From Rhizophagus irregularis (Eukaryota): a stretch of DNA of 64,000 nucleotides. Below, piece after piece: positions 46,924 through 57,834 of this stretch. The position numbers were made by a program, and so were the translations under genes. The notes under the pieces are model-generated. The model saw only the letters and a list, made by a program, of their open reading frames with translations, was not told the DNA's origin and searched no databases. Each line of letters begins with the position of its first letter. Within the stretch, counting starts at the first letter, position 1. The stretch lies in assembly GCF_026210795.1 (NCBI RefSeq), contig NC_089431.1, positions 1,612,001 through 1,676,000 of the forward strand, read 5' to 3'.

Positions 46924-48077
46924 ATGGCTGGCATCGCTACTAGATATGTAACAGAAAACGAGCTCAATATCGAGATAAGTATCGAAGAGCTTAGTAACCA
47001 CGCTCCGGCATTGGATATCCTTTTGACGGATAAAGTTAAGAGGGATCAGGCACGACAACGTCTCCAAAAGGGATATAACTTTAGCAAAGAACAGGTATTT
47101 GCATTAATTCCTAAGCAAACAGCTGGTCGAAAAAAAGGAGGAGCCTTACCCAATGCTCCCAATGCTCCTGAAACTCCCGATATCACCCAAGAAGCAGAAC
47201 CGGACGCAGTGAATACATGTCAAATTTCACCGAAAGAGACTATTAGAGATTTGGCCCAGCGTATCATTCGGGATAATCTTGGTGAAGCAGAAATAAAAGT
47301 TATAGCTAATACCTTAGCTAAATCCGCCTCTAATGCTAGCGCTGGTTCATCACGCCTTACTAGACTTCGAAGAGAGATGAGAGCCCTCGAGGCTTCAGAA
47401 AAAATAGTCTCTGATACAAAGATTCCAGACACAACCCGTTCAGCTAATAAAATTCAAAAGGAGAATAGATTGTTACATGAAAATGAAGGAATCGATTATC
47501 CAGACCACTTCTCATTAGAATCGGTTAAGGAAAGACTGGATTTATATGATGTGTCCAATATACCTGATAAACAAGCCCTAGCCGATGTAATGATAATGCT
47601 TTGTATTCGCCCTGCTAAAATTAAAGACTTACGCATATCTAATGAAAGCGTAACTGAGTATGGAAAAAACCGGGGACAACAAGACATTCCCTGGGTATTC
47701 AGATCACTAGAGAAGAATGAGGAACGGGCGAAGCAATTGCTTATATGGATTCAGGAAGCAATTTCTTCTGGACAGTTAAAAGACCCAGGAAAGCCAGGTG
47801 TATTATGGTTCAATACATTCCTAAAAAAGGATGAATTCCTCCCTAAAGTAGGCAAACCACTACTTCCTAGTTCTTTGCGCAAAATAGGGCAGTATTTGCA
47901 GTTGTAGCTCATGGAGCGAAGAATTTATCGAAAGCTGAGACCATTGCTAGTGAAGCACTTCGCCACAGTCCCGACAACCATGCCTCTCCTGCAAAAAACT
48001 ATACTATAGTAAATTATCGGTTAAGAGGGGAACCATATAATCAGGCAACGGTATTCAAGCTCTCCGGTGAAAACTAA
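46924..48077 (+). pseudogene. Tyrosine-recombinase-fold protein (protelomerase / telomere-resolvase-like); one-base frameshift near 47890
   Basis: Candidate catalytic series MLCIRP (R), GKNRG (K), SLRKIG (R), then in the shifted frame EALRH (H) and SPAKNY (Y), ending at TAA 48075-48077. Confidence 0.6.
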
Positions 48078-48770
48078 TCACATATAAGGTTAGAAGACCA
48101 GAGTATTCAATAATATTCTTGGTGTTTAGCTTCCAATTTATTTCTCTATAATTCATATGCAGGAATCAGCTATACAATATTTCTTCCACCGATCATGAGC
48201 AGGTCCTAATTGGGAATTTTATTTTTTCTCTCGAGGCAAGATCTAGCATATAGAATATATTACGAAAATGGTAGCTGATCAAAAGTATTCATCTGATCCA
48301 GCGAGCAGGAAGTTATCAGATATACAGAGAAATTAGCCCAGTTATTAGGAACAGATAAGCAGAATGCAGAGGTATATATTACGCTTTCTGACGAAAATAG
48401 GGTGCTAAAGAAACAGTTGGAAGAATATCATTCCCAACATAACACTTTAGAAAGGGGGTAAAAAGGTTAGAAAGGGATGTAAAAGATCTGGACGAATGCG
48501 TGGATAGGGAAACTGTGGTCGACTTAATACAAAAAATAGTCCCCTCGCTGGTTAGAGAAAAAAGCCCAATAAAGAATAATCCTTCTTCCTGGCTCTTCGT
48601 CTGACTATTAATCTGATTCTGATATTGATGAAATAGTAAAAATGATTAAGCATCAAAGGATTCGAATCAGATCCGGGAGCGCCAAGTCCAAAGGAAGGTT
48701 TCAGAAGAAAAATGTATATCATCCAACTAGTCTGGACCAGTTATCACTCCGCGCTATAGCTAACCGATAA

Positions 48771-49235
48771 ATGCCAGTTTGCAGTGATAGAAATTTATTT
48801 TTTATATTTGGATATTATATATGCCATAATAAAAATGATATTCGTGAATTGTGTAATCGAAGAAACCAGCCCAGCCAAGCAGTACTCGATACAGGCGCTG
48901 ATGTAAGTTGTGTTAGCCAAAAACATATTGGTGAATTAGGAATTACATATCACAGTGAAAGCAATAGCATTGTAACTCCGGATGCATTCTATTCCACATT
49001 AGGAAAAGTCAATCTGCATATTGGTTTTGAAGATGGCGAGAAGCATAAAAGCACACCCGTTGAATTCATAGTTTCTGGACCAGATTGGCCTGATTATTTT
49101 CCTGACTTAGTATTGGGAGGGCCATGGTTTTGAGAAAATGGTGCAACTTTGGATATATGCGATTCAAAACTATTATTAGATGATAATTTTGCGATCCCAT
49201 TCAAAGAAGTAAAAAATGAACCTAATGCAAAATAA
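48771..49235 (+). pseudogene. Retropepsin-like aspartic protease with an internal TGA at 49131
   Basis: VLDTGADVSCVS and DLVLGGPWF; the frame continues past the stop (ENGATLDICDSKLLL). Confidence 0.75.
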
Positions 49236-50517
49236 CAATTATCCGAAGCAGTGGTCATCAATATATGTAATTTTGCAAAGCATCTTAACGGCTATTTTTT
49301 TATTAAAGATACAGCATATATTATCCATGGCACATTCTAGCGATATTAATATACCAGAACTATTAGAGCAGATTCTATATTTCCTAGCGGTAGAAAAATC
49401 CCTCTACCCCGCTCTATTTGTTTCCCGATTGTGGTACAGATGTGGTGCCTCTTTTCTATGGGAACGCATTGAGCTAAAGGGGAATGACCTGAAATATGGC
49501 CATCATTTCCCAGACGATTATACTTATCATAAGAGAGACTGTACTCGATGTAAAAGATTTATAAAATTAATAAATGAAAAACATAAGCCAGCTTATGTCT
49601 TGAATACAACCCACCTAGAAATTACTTTTTGCCATTCACTTTCAGATAAAAAAATAAGAAGTATTGTGGAAATGTTCCCAAATATAGTTCATTTAGATTT
49701 CAAAGATAGTATAGGTTTTGGTGATAAATCAGCGGAATCATATCCTAATTTAAGATATCTCAATTTGTGGGATGCTCAAGCAATAACCGATAAAGGCTTA
49801 TGTGCAATCATAGGATCATGCCGTAAATTAGAACATCTAAATATTTCTTACTGCGAAAATATTAGCGATAAATCTTTGTTTGCGATCACAGAAAATTGCC
49901 GTGATTTACAAGAGTTCCATTTTGCCAAAGCGCGTTGGATTACAGATAAATCTATAAGTTGCATCATAAACTCATGCCCAAATTTACGAAATCTTGATAT
50001 TGCATGTAGTAAGGGGGATGTCAAAGATGCTAGTATGTTAATACAGAGATGTCTCAGCATAGAGTATCTTGACTTTAGTGGGGCTATGGCTTTGTGGAAT
50101 GATGAATTGATTATAGCCATCATCAAAGGATCTCCGAATTTAAGACACTTAGAGATCGATGGTAATGATATCACTGATAAGGTTACTGAAGCACTGGCCC
50201 ATTCTTGTCATAAATTAGAATATCTCGATCTGGGTTGCTGTGATTTTGTTAGTGAACCATCAATTTGTAATGTTATACGTTCCTGTCTAAAGCTCCAACA
50301 TCTTAACCTTAGTCACTGTAATATTACCAGTACGACTATCAAAGAAATTGCTCGCTCATGTCTCAGTTTAAAAATTCTAGATTTGGAAGGATGTGAAAAT
50401 ATTAGCAAAAAAGCTATGGACCAGCTAAATCCAAATATTAATATCGAAAATTTTGATGAAGATTACTGTTCCGATTCGGAATCTTCTAGCTCTGAAACCG
50501 AATCAGAGTCTGAATAA
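49216..50517 (+). CDS. F-box / cysteine-containing LRR protein (FBXL/AMN1-like), intronless; likely start 49327
   Basis: [22 protein letters not shown]-box-like motif; repeated LxxLxLxxCxxITD LRR units; acidic tail. Confidence 0.85.
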   Translation: MNLMQNNNYPKQWSSIYVILQSILTAIFLLKIQHILSMAHSSDINIPELLEQILYFLAVEKSLYPALFVSRLWYRCGASFLWERIELKGNDLKYGHHFPDDYTYHKRDCTRCKRFIKLINEKHKPAYVLNTTHLEITFCHSLSDKKIRSIVEMFPNIVHLDFKDSIGFGDKSAESYPNLRYLNLWDAQAITDKGLCAIIGSCRKLEHLNISYCENISDKSLFAITENCRDLQEFHFAKARWITDKSISCIINSCPNLRNLDIACSKGDVKDASMLIQRCLSIEYLDFSGAMALWNDELIIAIIKGSPNLRHLEIDGNDITDKVTEALAHSCHKLEYLDLGCCDFVSEPSICNVIRSCLKLQHLNLSHCNITSTTIKEIARSCLSLKILDLEGCENISKKAMDQLNPNINIENFDEDYCSDSESSSSETESESE

Positions 50518-50689
50518 TCTAGCTAGTCCGGAGCGGTGATCACTTCGCTCGAAAGAAGAATTTGCTGGGCCACTCCTGTGCGACAGAAAAATAAGTGGAT
50601 CATCAGTCAGGTCATGTGCAACATAATTTTCGCATATACTGAAAAGAAGCTATGTACGCTACCAGTACTTTATTTTTTATTAAGTATAA

Positions 50690-51094
50690 TTGATCTACAA
50701 TATTAGCAAAATGTTTGATGAGGATATAGATGCTGAGAAGGAGAAAGCCTTCGATGAATTTACCAAAGAATATGGACAGAGAGAAGAGGATTGGACTATT
50801 TATGATGATTGGTATGACTGGGATGACCTTTTTTGTGAAATTAAGACCCATTGGAACACAAAAGCTGTCAAGTATTGGAGAGAGAAAATACTTAAGCGAT
50901 TTGTATATAGTCTACCCAGTGTAAGTAATCCAACGTCATTATTCCATGTACTCTTACAATCCAATGTTATTTATCTCCCACAAATAATAAGTCTAATAGA
51001 ATTGCCATATTATCCACTTGAACTTCGATCAGAAATATGGGGTCCCTCCAGGACCTGGCCGGATGGTATATATTGGTCAGTCCGAGGTCAGTGA
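50690..51094 (+). CDS. Hypothetical protein with an acidic, Trp-rich N-terminus; likely start 50711
   Basis: Intronless ORF between two copies of a conserved intergenic repeat. Confidence 0.45.
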   Translation: MIYNISKMFDEDIDAEKEKAFDEFTKEYGQREEDWTIYDDWYDWDDLFCEIKTHWNTKAVKYWREKILKRFVYSLPSVSNPTSLFHVLLQSNVIYLPQIISLIELPYYPLELRSEIWGPSRTWPDGIYWSVRGQ

Positions 51095-51663
51095 TCTGGT
51101 CCTCTTCAGCTCGAAAGAATTTGCTGAGCCACAGATTGTGTGACAGAAAAAGGCCGATCACCAGGCAGGGTTTGTGCGACATATTAATTTTCACATATAT
51201 ATTCGAAAAAACATATTAACCTTTATTCTTTATTTTTTTCCCGAACAAACATGAGAAAATGTGAAAGAATGTCTACAAGCAACACAGGACCAACTCTAAA
51301 AGTAAATAGCGCCGGCAAAAGCATATGTTATGAAGGGCTGAGGGACTCACAATTTTGAGATCGCCAGGCGTAAAACCAACTATAGTCTCTCCGGTAGATC
51401 TACATGTGAAAAGGTATGAGATTTCCGTTTGCATGCGCTTTCATAGGACTCTTGGCATCAGACGACAGTACTAATTACGCCTCATACCTTCTTAACTCTT
51501 TCCCAGCAAGATATAAAGCATGTAGGAGTATGTAGAAGTTCAGCCAACTTTCCGCAAAAAACTTTCTCGTAAAATAACACAAAATAAGGTATGTATATGC
51601 CCTAAATTATGTATGTATGGGAGCGAGTTTTCTCACTATGGGTCTTATATTTAGGAAAACAAA

Positions 51664-51954
51664 ATGGACGAAATCACTCTCAATTGTCTTATCGTTCCTA
51701 TAGGAAAACTTATGAATATCCCTTGCGTTAAAGTAATGCAGGCGATTAGAGTTGAAAAAGATGAAAATTATATCATGCTCGAAGCTACAATTCAAAGCAG
51801 ATTGGATGTTGAGATCCCACTCAAATTATGTATAATTCAAGCCGGAAGCAATAGTGAAAAGGTAATGGATAGTAGTACCCCTATTTCCGATTATTTTACT
51901 GAGGAGCCTAAAGCAGAGCACTTTCATATTACTGTATACCCCCGGTCAGAATAA
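51664..51954 (+). CDS. Stand-alone Crinkler (CRN) N-terminal ubiquitin-like domain protein
   Basis: ITLNCLIVP N-terminal strand; ISDYF..EP..EHFHITVYP matches the CRN HVLVxxP terminal motif. Confidence 0.7.
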   Translation: MDEITLNCLIVPIGKLMNIPCVKVMQAIRVEKDENYIMLEATIQSRLDVEIPLKLCIIQAGSNSEKVMDSSTPISDYFTEEPKAEHFHITVYPRSE

Positions 51955-52269
51955 TCTTCTGTATCATGTAGCGCTATAGTCGCAATTTTATGTATTGTAG
52001 GCCGAGTTCCGGCAACGTTTTTTTTATTTCTTAAATAAAGCATATATTACGTTCTTGTCGTAAATCTTGAAAAATATCACGTGTAATGATGTAATATAAT
52101 CGCCTGACAATTCTGTACTACATCTTAATTGCATATATATTGGGCAAATGCATTATGAATCGATACAAAAAAATCTATCATTTCTCCCGAGCGCTTTTTA
52201 TATCCATAAACAAGCTTTACCTGTAACTGCATATTTTTTCGCAAGCACAAACTCACATATATAAAAACC

Positions 52270-53455
52270 ATGTCTTCACAAGCTTCTTCACCCGCTTCAC
52301 CCGCCTCAATAACGGAAGAAATATCCACTAGAACAATGTCAGACGTGGTTAGGGATTTTAATACAGAGGAGCTTATCGAATATTTGGGGAGGAAAGACTT
52401 GAAGCTCAAGGAGTCTCACTTTAAAATTTTACGCAAGGAAGAAATAACCGGTCGCTCTTTCCTCAAATTAACCGAAGAAAAACTTGAACGTTATGGTATG
52501 AAAGGAGGACCTGCAACAGTTCTTGTAGAATTTATTGAAGGCCTCAGTCAGAAATTACGAAACTATTCCTCGCTTAAAACTCTCGACGACCTGAAGGAAA
52601 TGTTACGTAGAAATAAGGTCAATGGGGAGGATATAACAAACATCAAGCAGTTTACTCCCGGTAGGTAATTAATTATTTTTTCGAAAGTGACTAGATAGCT
52701 ATATTAACTTTATTTTTTCTGTAGTCTTCGAGGAGATTAGTGATGATGATAAGGCATTCAAACACTGTATGGAGGATATTATTTTAAAACTTTCGAACGT
52801 GGAAACCATGACCGATGCTAATGAGGCGACGCGCTGTGAATTTATTTCAGCAATATTACATGCATCTATCGCGATAGCTAAAAATCTCACCTCTCAAGAC
52901 ATATTTATAGTTTTGCAGAAAGACGTTTCCGGTGAAGATGCCACTGGCCGAGTAGACTACGCGATCAAAAGTTTGGAAGACCTACTTTGTATAACTGAGG
53001 GGAAACCACGCAATATCAAGATTGGATATGCGCAGGTAAGACTACTACTCAAATTTATGTTTTTAGAGCACCAAGCCGAAAGAGAATCAATAATATTAAC
53101 GCATTTTATTTCTTAGAATCTGGCGCAACTTGAAAGTGCATTTCAGACAAATAAAAAGAAACGGACTGCGGATCAAGCATTTGGGAACGACTATTTTGAT
53201 TATATATATGGTATTGTGACTACAGGCACAGAGTGGCATTTTATCATATATACTCCTGATGGTATATACTCTACGAGCGGTAGTGAATATCAGATCAATC
53301 TCACGAAGTCCGCAGTTAAAGATAATCCCGAATTACTTCGAAGCAATGTGAAAAGGGTAATCGGCATAATTGTAGGGTTATTGAAGGATCGGGTTAGTGT
53401 AGATAGTTCCCCAACTAGCAAGAGGGCTAGGATCGAAAAAATTATTAAAAAATAA
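52270..53455 (+). CDS. SAM-like domain + PD-(D/E)xK restriction-endonuclease-fold protein (CRN C-terminal type), 3 exons
   Basis: EEITGRSFLKLTEEKLERYGMKGGPA (SAM); NEATRCEFI, GRVDYAI, ITEGK, GYAQ/NLAQLESA, YGIVTTGTEWHF; two short GT-AG introns. Confidence 0.75.
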
Positions 53456-53624
53456 TATGTATCCTGGGCTACATCCCGAACATTTGTATTTATTTTTCGC
53501 ATATATTAATAAAAAATTTTTCATTTTTTTCTTGGCAAATTTCGCTTACGGGCCGTAAGGGAAAAACATGTGATATATTTTTTTATTTTGAATGCTTATA
53601 TACATTGTATTAGTTATATAGATC

Positions 53625-55208
53625 ATGTCATCCGAGCTTGAATCATTGAAACAGCGTATCACTGAACTTGAGGCTGAGAATGCAGAGCTTAGGAAGGAGA
53701 ATACTGAGATCCGCGATCTTAGAATCAAGCTCTTGGTGTCTGATGCTGAAATAGCTGAACTTAAGCATAGGAATAACGAGTTTCTAAGAGCGAATGCGGA
53801 ATATAATGAGAGGCGTGATGCTGAAAATGCCAAACTCAGGGCCGAGAATGTTGACTTTAGAGATAGACTCACGAAAGTGGAACAGAATCAGACTCTACAA
53901 AACGCCTTAACGGCAAATGATAATTCTTTTAACAACAATTCATCTAACTTTGCTTCAGCGCCTTCGGCCAATTTGGTTGCAGAGCCAACGGTAACACAAC
54001 ATGAGAAACCGTCAGTGGATGAGGAAATGGATACTTCATTACCTGAAGAACCGATACCAGAGGAGTTGACAGAGGTAATCATATCAGCTGTTAATATGTC
54101 TGTTATGGACCAATGTGATCAGAAATCCTTGGAAGATAAGGAGACGGTTGCTTTCTTGGATGAAGAATACAAGAAAAGGGTTAGCGATGAGATCAGACAG
54201 CGCAATAGAGAGAAAAAGCTTCGAGACTTGGGTTTACCTGGTACTTCTGATATCCCTTCGTCAGAATCATCCACAAGTTCGCATCCTATCCCTAATAACC
54301 CAGTCTTATCAGAACAAAATGCTAAAATAAAAGCACCTGAAATAGATATACAGCTTTTGATACAAGAATTGCTTATAGAACCTTCGGAAGAAGATTGTGT
54401 TAAGGTTGTTAATGTGGAGGAGAGTGATCAATCGCCTGCAATCGAATTAGCACATCTATATGAAAAAACGAAATTTGCTGAAATTAGGACTATATGAGCC
54501 AAACAAGATGAAATCATGAGCTGGTATTGCTATAGAAGGTATTTTAAAAAAAGACATAGTGAGATTTTACCTGGAATTCTGGAGAATGGAGTTATTACGA
54601 ACAAAAAAGCCTATGAACTTGCGAGTGGGCAGATTTATGATGAAATGCTACAGTATCTTTCAGGAGTCTCTTGTGTAAACTTGCGCAAAAAAACCCAGCT
54701 AACTAAGCCTATATATATGTTAATTAACGAAATTGGAGAAGATAAGATTATGCGAATCAAATCTTATAGTGCAAACAAACTCTCAAAGTTAACTGACATG
54801 CAAATCGATACTATTAAAAATCATCTTACTACACAGCGTGAAAAAAATTCACGCACTCACGTGACTTCAGAAATAATCACCGGTGATGCAACTGCGCCTG
54901 TTGAATCTATGGTAAGCGTTCCTAATTCTTTAGGTGATTCCAAAGTAATCGGTCCAGATAATTCACCACCTATTCCACCAGCGCCATGCGTAAGCGCCTC
55001 CGGCCAAGATTCACATGTTCCTATCAAGATATCTAAATTCCCTGAAGATAGGAATATCATCTATGAAGCTGTACGTAAACGTTTCCCTTTCTTATCATGG
55101 ACTAAATCAATTACAAAATATCGAGATCATTTCGAATATACCAACTCTGAAGCCAAGTGCCCAGCATGTACGAGCATTCACACACATCGAGGCATATGGG
55201 GTGATTAG
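53625..55208 (+). pseudogene. Coiled-coil protein with a conserved helical domain and a C-terminal CxxC..H motif; in-frame TGA at 54495
   Basis: ORFs 53625-54497 and 54516-55208 are in the same frame across one TGA; LKQRITELEAEN heptads; NLRKKTQ..IY.LINEIGEDKIMRIKSYSANKLSKL. Confidence 0.6.
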
Positions 55209-56360
55209 ACTTGCCAAAGTAAAGATAATTTCTATTATCTTATGTGTCCCTGGGATATTCATTAAAACAAGAAAGTCAAAATTGCTACACAGGTTTGCTA
55301 GATCGATCATCTGGCCGAAGGCACTTAACGCAAATGCGCAGAAGATGATAAAGGACTGAATCATCATCGTATCTTTTTTTCGACTCACGTGGGTGGCTTA
55401 GATATCGTGCACAGTAAAACGTCATCTGCAATAATACGTCACTGGCTCATGCGCAGTAGTGTGGTCGCAGTCGTTATTTTTTAGAGAATCTATTAATAAC
55501 CCCGGCCAAGAGCAATATTTTGCGTTACTATACTTATGAACATTCTCCAAAGTTCCGGTATGTTCTATCTCACTTGTTACGCAGTTCTAAATTACTAATA
55601 AAAAAACAGATCCTGATTTACATTGCGGATCGTAAGACAGGGCGCTGTTAAAAAGAGAATCAAAAATGAAAATAGAGCCGATTAGAATCTATGATTTACA
55701 GATCCTCAGATAAACGGTATATTTTTATTATCCTACTGACGTTTAGCGCATTCAAATTACGTATACAGGTTAATCACATATTAATCCGTTTTTTGAATAG
55801 GAATTAGTTGTACATGTGTGATTCGTCATCTACGGATCTCGATCCATGATGAACAAATATTCCGATTTTTATTCTTACAATTGAAATAGGGGTAGGGTAA
55901 TAATAACTATTCTACATAACGAACTTCCTTTTTTGGGAAGGCTGTGAACTTAAACAAAGATACCCACATGCGATCTTCTGTTTTGCAAGAGATCTTAGAA
56001 GTAAACGGAAAATTTTGAGATACGGCATTGCTCCATTAGTGTTACATTAAGTTGTCGGATTTACTTTTAAGCTGTATTGTTAAATTCAGGGAGGAACATT
56101 TGTTATTATTAGACGAGATCCAGGCCGTTATAATTGCTTTAGCTGAAAAAATATAATTACATCAGGAAATTTTATAGCGCGAAAAATTGCGTAAGTTTAC
56201 GATTTTGTAAGTTTATGAAAGTTTATGGCATAATATTTTGAAAAATTTCAAAATATTACGTAAGTTTACAATTTCGTAAGATTTATGTGATATTACGGTT
56301 AAAATATTACGTAAGTTTACAATATCGTAAGATTTACGCAATATTACGGTCAAAATATTC

Positions 56361-56830
56361 TGCAAATTTACGAAACTGTAAACCTGCATAATATTACAGT
56401 TGAAATATTTCGAAAATTTACGAAACTGTAAACCTGCGTAATATTACGGTTAAAATATTTCAAAAATTTACGAAACTGTAAACCTGCGTAATATTACGGT
56501 TGAAATATTTCGAAAATTTACGAGACTGTAAACCTGCGTAATATTACGGTTAAAATATTTCGAAAATTTACGAGACTGTAAACCTGCGTAATATTACGGT
56601 TAAAATATTTCGAAAATTTACGAAACTGTAAACCTGCGTAATATTACGGTTGAAATATTTCAAAAATTTACGAGACTGTAAACCTGCGTAATATTACGGT
56701 TAAAATATTTCGAAAATTTACGAAACTGTAAACCTACGTAATATTACGGTTGAAATATTTCGAAAATTTACGAGACTGTAAACCTGCGTAATATTCCGTT
56801 TCGAAAATTTACGAGATTGTAAACTGCGTA
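56361..56830. repeat. Subterminal tandem array, ~9 copies of a 50-bp unit
   Basis: cgaaaatttacga(a/g)actgtaaacctgcgtaatattacggtt(a/g)aaatattt with 50-bp periodicity. Confidence 0.9.
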
Positions 56831-57104
56831 TGCAGTAGAACGTATACAAGGGGCATGTGATACTATTGAATAATCAAAAATAATATAAACACCTTTTCTT
56901 TTATATAAACACCTTTTTTTTTAAGTTTGGGAAAGCAAATTTATTTTTATTTACGAATTTTTTATTATTTACAATTTTTATGTTAAAAATTAAAGTAAAT
57001 TCTAATTTTTATTATAACTTAATAAAAAAATATACATTTGATACTTGTTCGCTACTATTTTATAAAATAGTACCCAGGCTGTACGGCGTGGACATCAGTA
57101 TCAG

Positions 57105-57834
57105 TCACAGCCCAAAAAAACGTGAGTCTCCAGCCGATATTTGGTACGGACTGGGCCTAGCTACTCACTTAATAAATAAAAAAATAAAAATAATTATCTT
57201 TTACGATACGTAGGTAAGTTTCTCCTTCTCTTACGATCGTCACGCGTATCTAAAATTGATCAAATTTATCAAATTTAAAATGTGAACGTAAAATAGAATG
57301 TAATATTAATTATAAAATTTTATTATAGTATAATTACCCGGCCTCTCACAAAATCTTGTTCTAAATTCGCGATAATATCTTTGGCCGGTACGCGTCCACA
57401 GCCGCCACCCAGGCCGATCAGGGGTACCATTACGATAAAGGACATAGTTCTAAATATCAAAATCAGTTTGAATATTCAGTAAATACATTTAATTTATATG
57501 AATGTAATTTTATTTATTTACTTACATGGTAATCCCTGATGAGGTTCCTCCACTTTTGGCTGCACTGTTGCCCGGAAACCCTCGTTCGAAATATTCTATT
57601 TATTCTGATTCAATTAAATGGATTGGTTAATTTGAATTTAAATTCTTTCTTAAAGAAAATTATAGATATTAGTCATATGAACCTATTGGCAACAGAGTCC
57701 CAAAAATCATGGCGGCTTCTACCATTAATATTATGGTAGGCGCGGTTTCTGTCGCGGCGTATGTCGACAAGTTCGTCCATCATAGCCCAGTTCCAATGGA
57801 CGTTATAGGAACGATGACGTGTTTGGCGAGGCAT
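57105..57834 (-). CDS. Small multi-exon Myb/SANT-like (trihelix/MADF-type) DNA-binding protein; 3' end approximate
   Basis: Spliced: HWNWAMMDELVDIRR..DFWDSVANR/INRIFRTRVSGQQCSQKWRNLIRDYH/NYVLY..; W..W..QC..KW.NL pattern. Confidence 0.7.

Larger units (their letters stand above)
40880..55400 (+). mobile_element. Putative primase-helicase / tyrosine-recombinase island with cargo genes; boundaries approximate
   Basis: Visibly less AT-rich than the left flank; mostly intronless, co-oriented ORFs; replication and recombination genes; palindromes at the left end. Confidence 0.6.

Noticed and set aside
27242..54497. Alternative genetic code (TGA=Trp), suggesting Mollicutes-endosymbiont DNA
   Set aside because: Trp is normally TGG here. 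Several TGAs fit Arg positions, TAA/TAG stops and frameshifts also occur, and spliceosomal introns are present.
40880..55400. Polinton/Maverick or Helitron classification
   Set aside because: No protein-primed PolB, retroviral integrase, capsid or A32 ATPase, and no HUH Rep or Pif1 helicase is visible.
56361..56830. CRISPR-like regular array
   Set aside because: The units are contiguous near-identical 50-mers with no unique spacers, there are no cas genes, and the context is a eukaryotic transposon.
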